DNA of 64,000 bases. Origin: Burkholderiaceae bacterium. Its GTDB lineage: Bacteria; Pseudomonadota; Gammaproteobacteria; Burkholderiales; Burkholderiaceae_C. This document shows, piece by piece, positions 63,120 through 64,000 of this stretch. Under the pieces are notes generated by a model. It was not told the DNA's origin and searched no databases. It saw nothing but the letters and a program-made list of their open reading frames with translations. Both the position numbers and the translations under genes were made by a program. The stretch lies in assembly GCA_022702125.1 (NCBI GenBank), contig JAKOND010000210.1:17322-81321 (forward strand), written 5' to 3'. The stretch's first letter is position 1. The number at the start of each line of letters is the position of its first letter.

Positions 63120-64000
63120 ACGTGCCGACCCTTCCCCTGTCCGCCCCGCGCCTGCCGCAGGCCCTGCTGTGCGCCGCGGCCGCGCTGGCGCTGGCCGGCT
63201 GCGCGCTGCAGCGCCCGCCGGCCGCCGTCGCCGATGCGCCGGTGCCCGCCGGCTGGCAGGCGCCGCTGCCGCCCGCCGAGGGCGCTGCCCCGGCGGCGCC
63301 CTCCGCCATGGCGCCGGCCGGCGCGCCGCCCGTGGCCGGCCTGCCCCACGGCGGCACCGGCCTCGGCCTGGCCCGCTGGTGGGAGCGGCTCGACGACCCG
63401 CTGCTGCTGGAGCTGATCGCCGCAGCCCAGGACGTGAGCCCGAACGTCGCGCAGGCCGCCTCGCGCATCGGCCAGGCGCGCGCCTCGCGGGTGGCCGCCG
63501 GCGCCGCGCTGGGGCCGACGCTGGACGCGGCCGGCAACGCCAGCCGGGGCTTCCAGCCGCAGTTCCTGCAGGTGGCGACCATCGGGCAGGCGACGCTGCA
63601 GGCCTCGTGGGAGCCGGACGTGTTCGGCGGCAACCGCGCCGCGCGCGACGCCGCCCAGGCGCGGCTGGCGGGCGCGCAGGCCGGCTGGCACGACGCCCGG
63701 GTGTCGGTGGCGGCCGAGACGGCGCGCCAGCTCGCCCTGCTGCGCGCCTGCCGGGCCCAGCAGGAGGTGGCGCGACAGGACGCCGCCTCGCGCGCCGAGA
63801 CCGCCCGCCTGTCGGACCTCAGCACCCGCGCCGGCTTCCAGGCGCCGGCCGACGACGCCCTGGCCCGCGCCAGCGCGGCCGACGCCTCCAACCGGCTGAC
63901 GCAGCAGCGCGCCCAGTGCGACATCGCGGTCAAGGGCCTGGTGGCACTGACCGGCCTGGACGAGGGCAACCTCCGGTCGAGACTGGACGCCGCCCGCGTC
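63116..64000 (+). CDS. Efflux outer-membrane factor lipoprotein (NodT family), 3' end outside the window
   Basis: ATG 63116 overlaps the tetR stop (ATGA). The lipobox is LALAGC. WWERLDDPLLLELI and SWEPDVFGG are present. The frame stays open to the window end. Confidence 0.85.
   Translation, partial: MNVPTLPLSAPRLPQALLCAAAALALAGCALQRPPAAVADAPVPAGWQAPLPPAEGAAPAAPSAMAPAGAPPVAGLPHGGTGLGLARWWERLDDPLLLELIAAAQDVSPNVAQAASRIGQARASRVAAGAALGPTLDAAGNASRGFQPQFLQVATIGQATLQASWEPDVFGGNRAARDAAQARLAGAQAGWHDARVSVAAETARQLALLRACRAQQEVARQDAASRAETARLSDLSTRAGFQAPADDALARASAADASNRLTQQRAQCDIAVKGLVALTGLDEGNLRSRLDAARV

Overview
This is a very GC-rich chromosomal segment whose gene content looks Burkholderiales or Comamonadaceae-like: a Bug/TctC receptor, a TRAP transporter, a DUF3108-DUF3567 pair, the glnE/yhdP/nit arrangement and a Burkholderia-type porin. 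That taxonomic call is inference from gene content only. I support about 50 protein-coding genes, mostly transport, regulation and housekeeping. They include TRAP DctQM, three efflux systems each with its own NodT-type outer-membrane factor, class II ribonucleotide reductase NrdJ flanked by two nitroreductase-fold genes, PurU, GlcD, GlnE, YhdP, MltA, two tandem PhoX phosphatases, two c-di-GMP enzymes and a PAS-kinase/FixJ-type two-component pair. I saw no rRNA, tRNA, CRISPR array, transposase or integrase. The many very long alternate-frame ORFs are high-GC artefacts. The signals most worth follow-up are: (1) a near-consensus LexA SOS box (35480-35499) driving a hairpin-bounded orphan 97-aa ORF, next to a translationally coupled pair of unknown function; (2) a 7-bp tandem repeat tract running into the start codon of a membrane diguanylate cyclase, which may be a contingency locus; (3) a three-gene islet with atypical codon usage (XRE regulator, secreted protein, GYF_2 mini-protein) and an AT-rich operator-like intergenic region; (4) an orphan divergent SF1 helicase behind a perfect 15-bp palindrome; (5) a dispersed GCTAT-N7-ATAGC intergenic hairpin family. 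All functional calls rest on motif recognition by eye. No database search was run.
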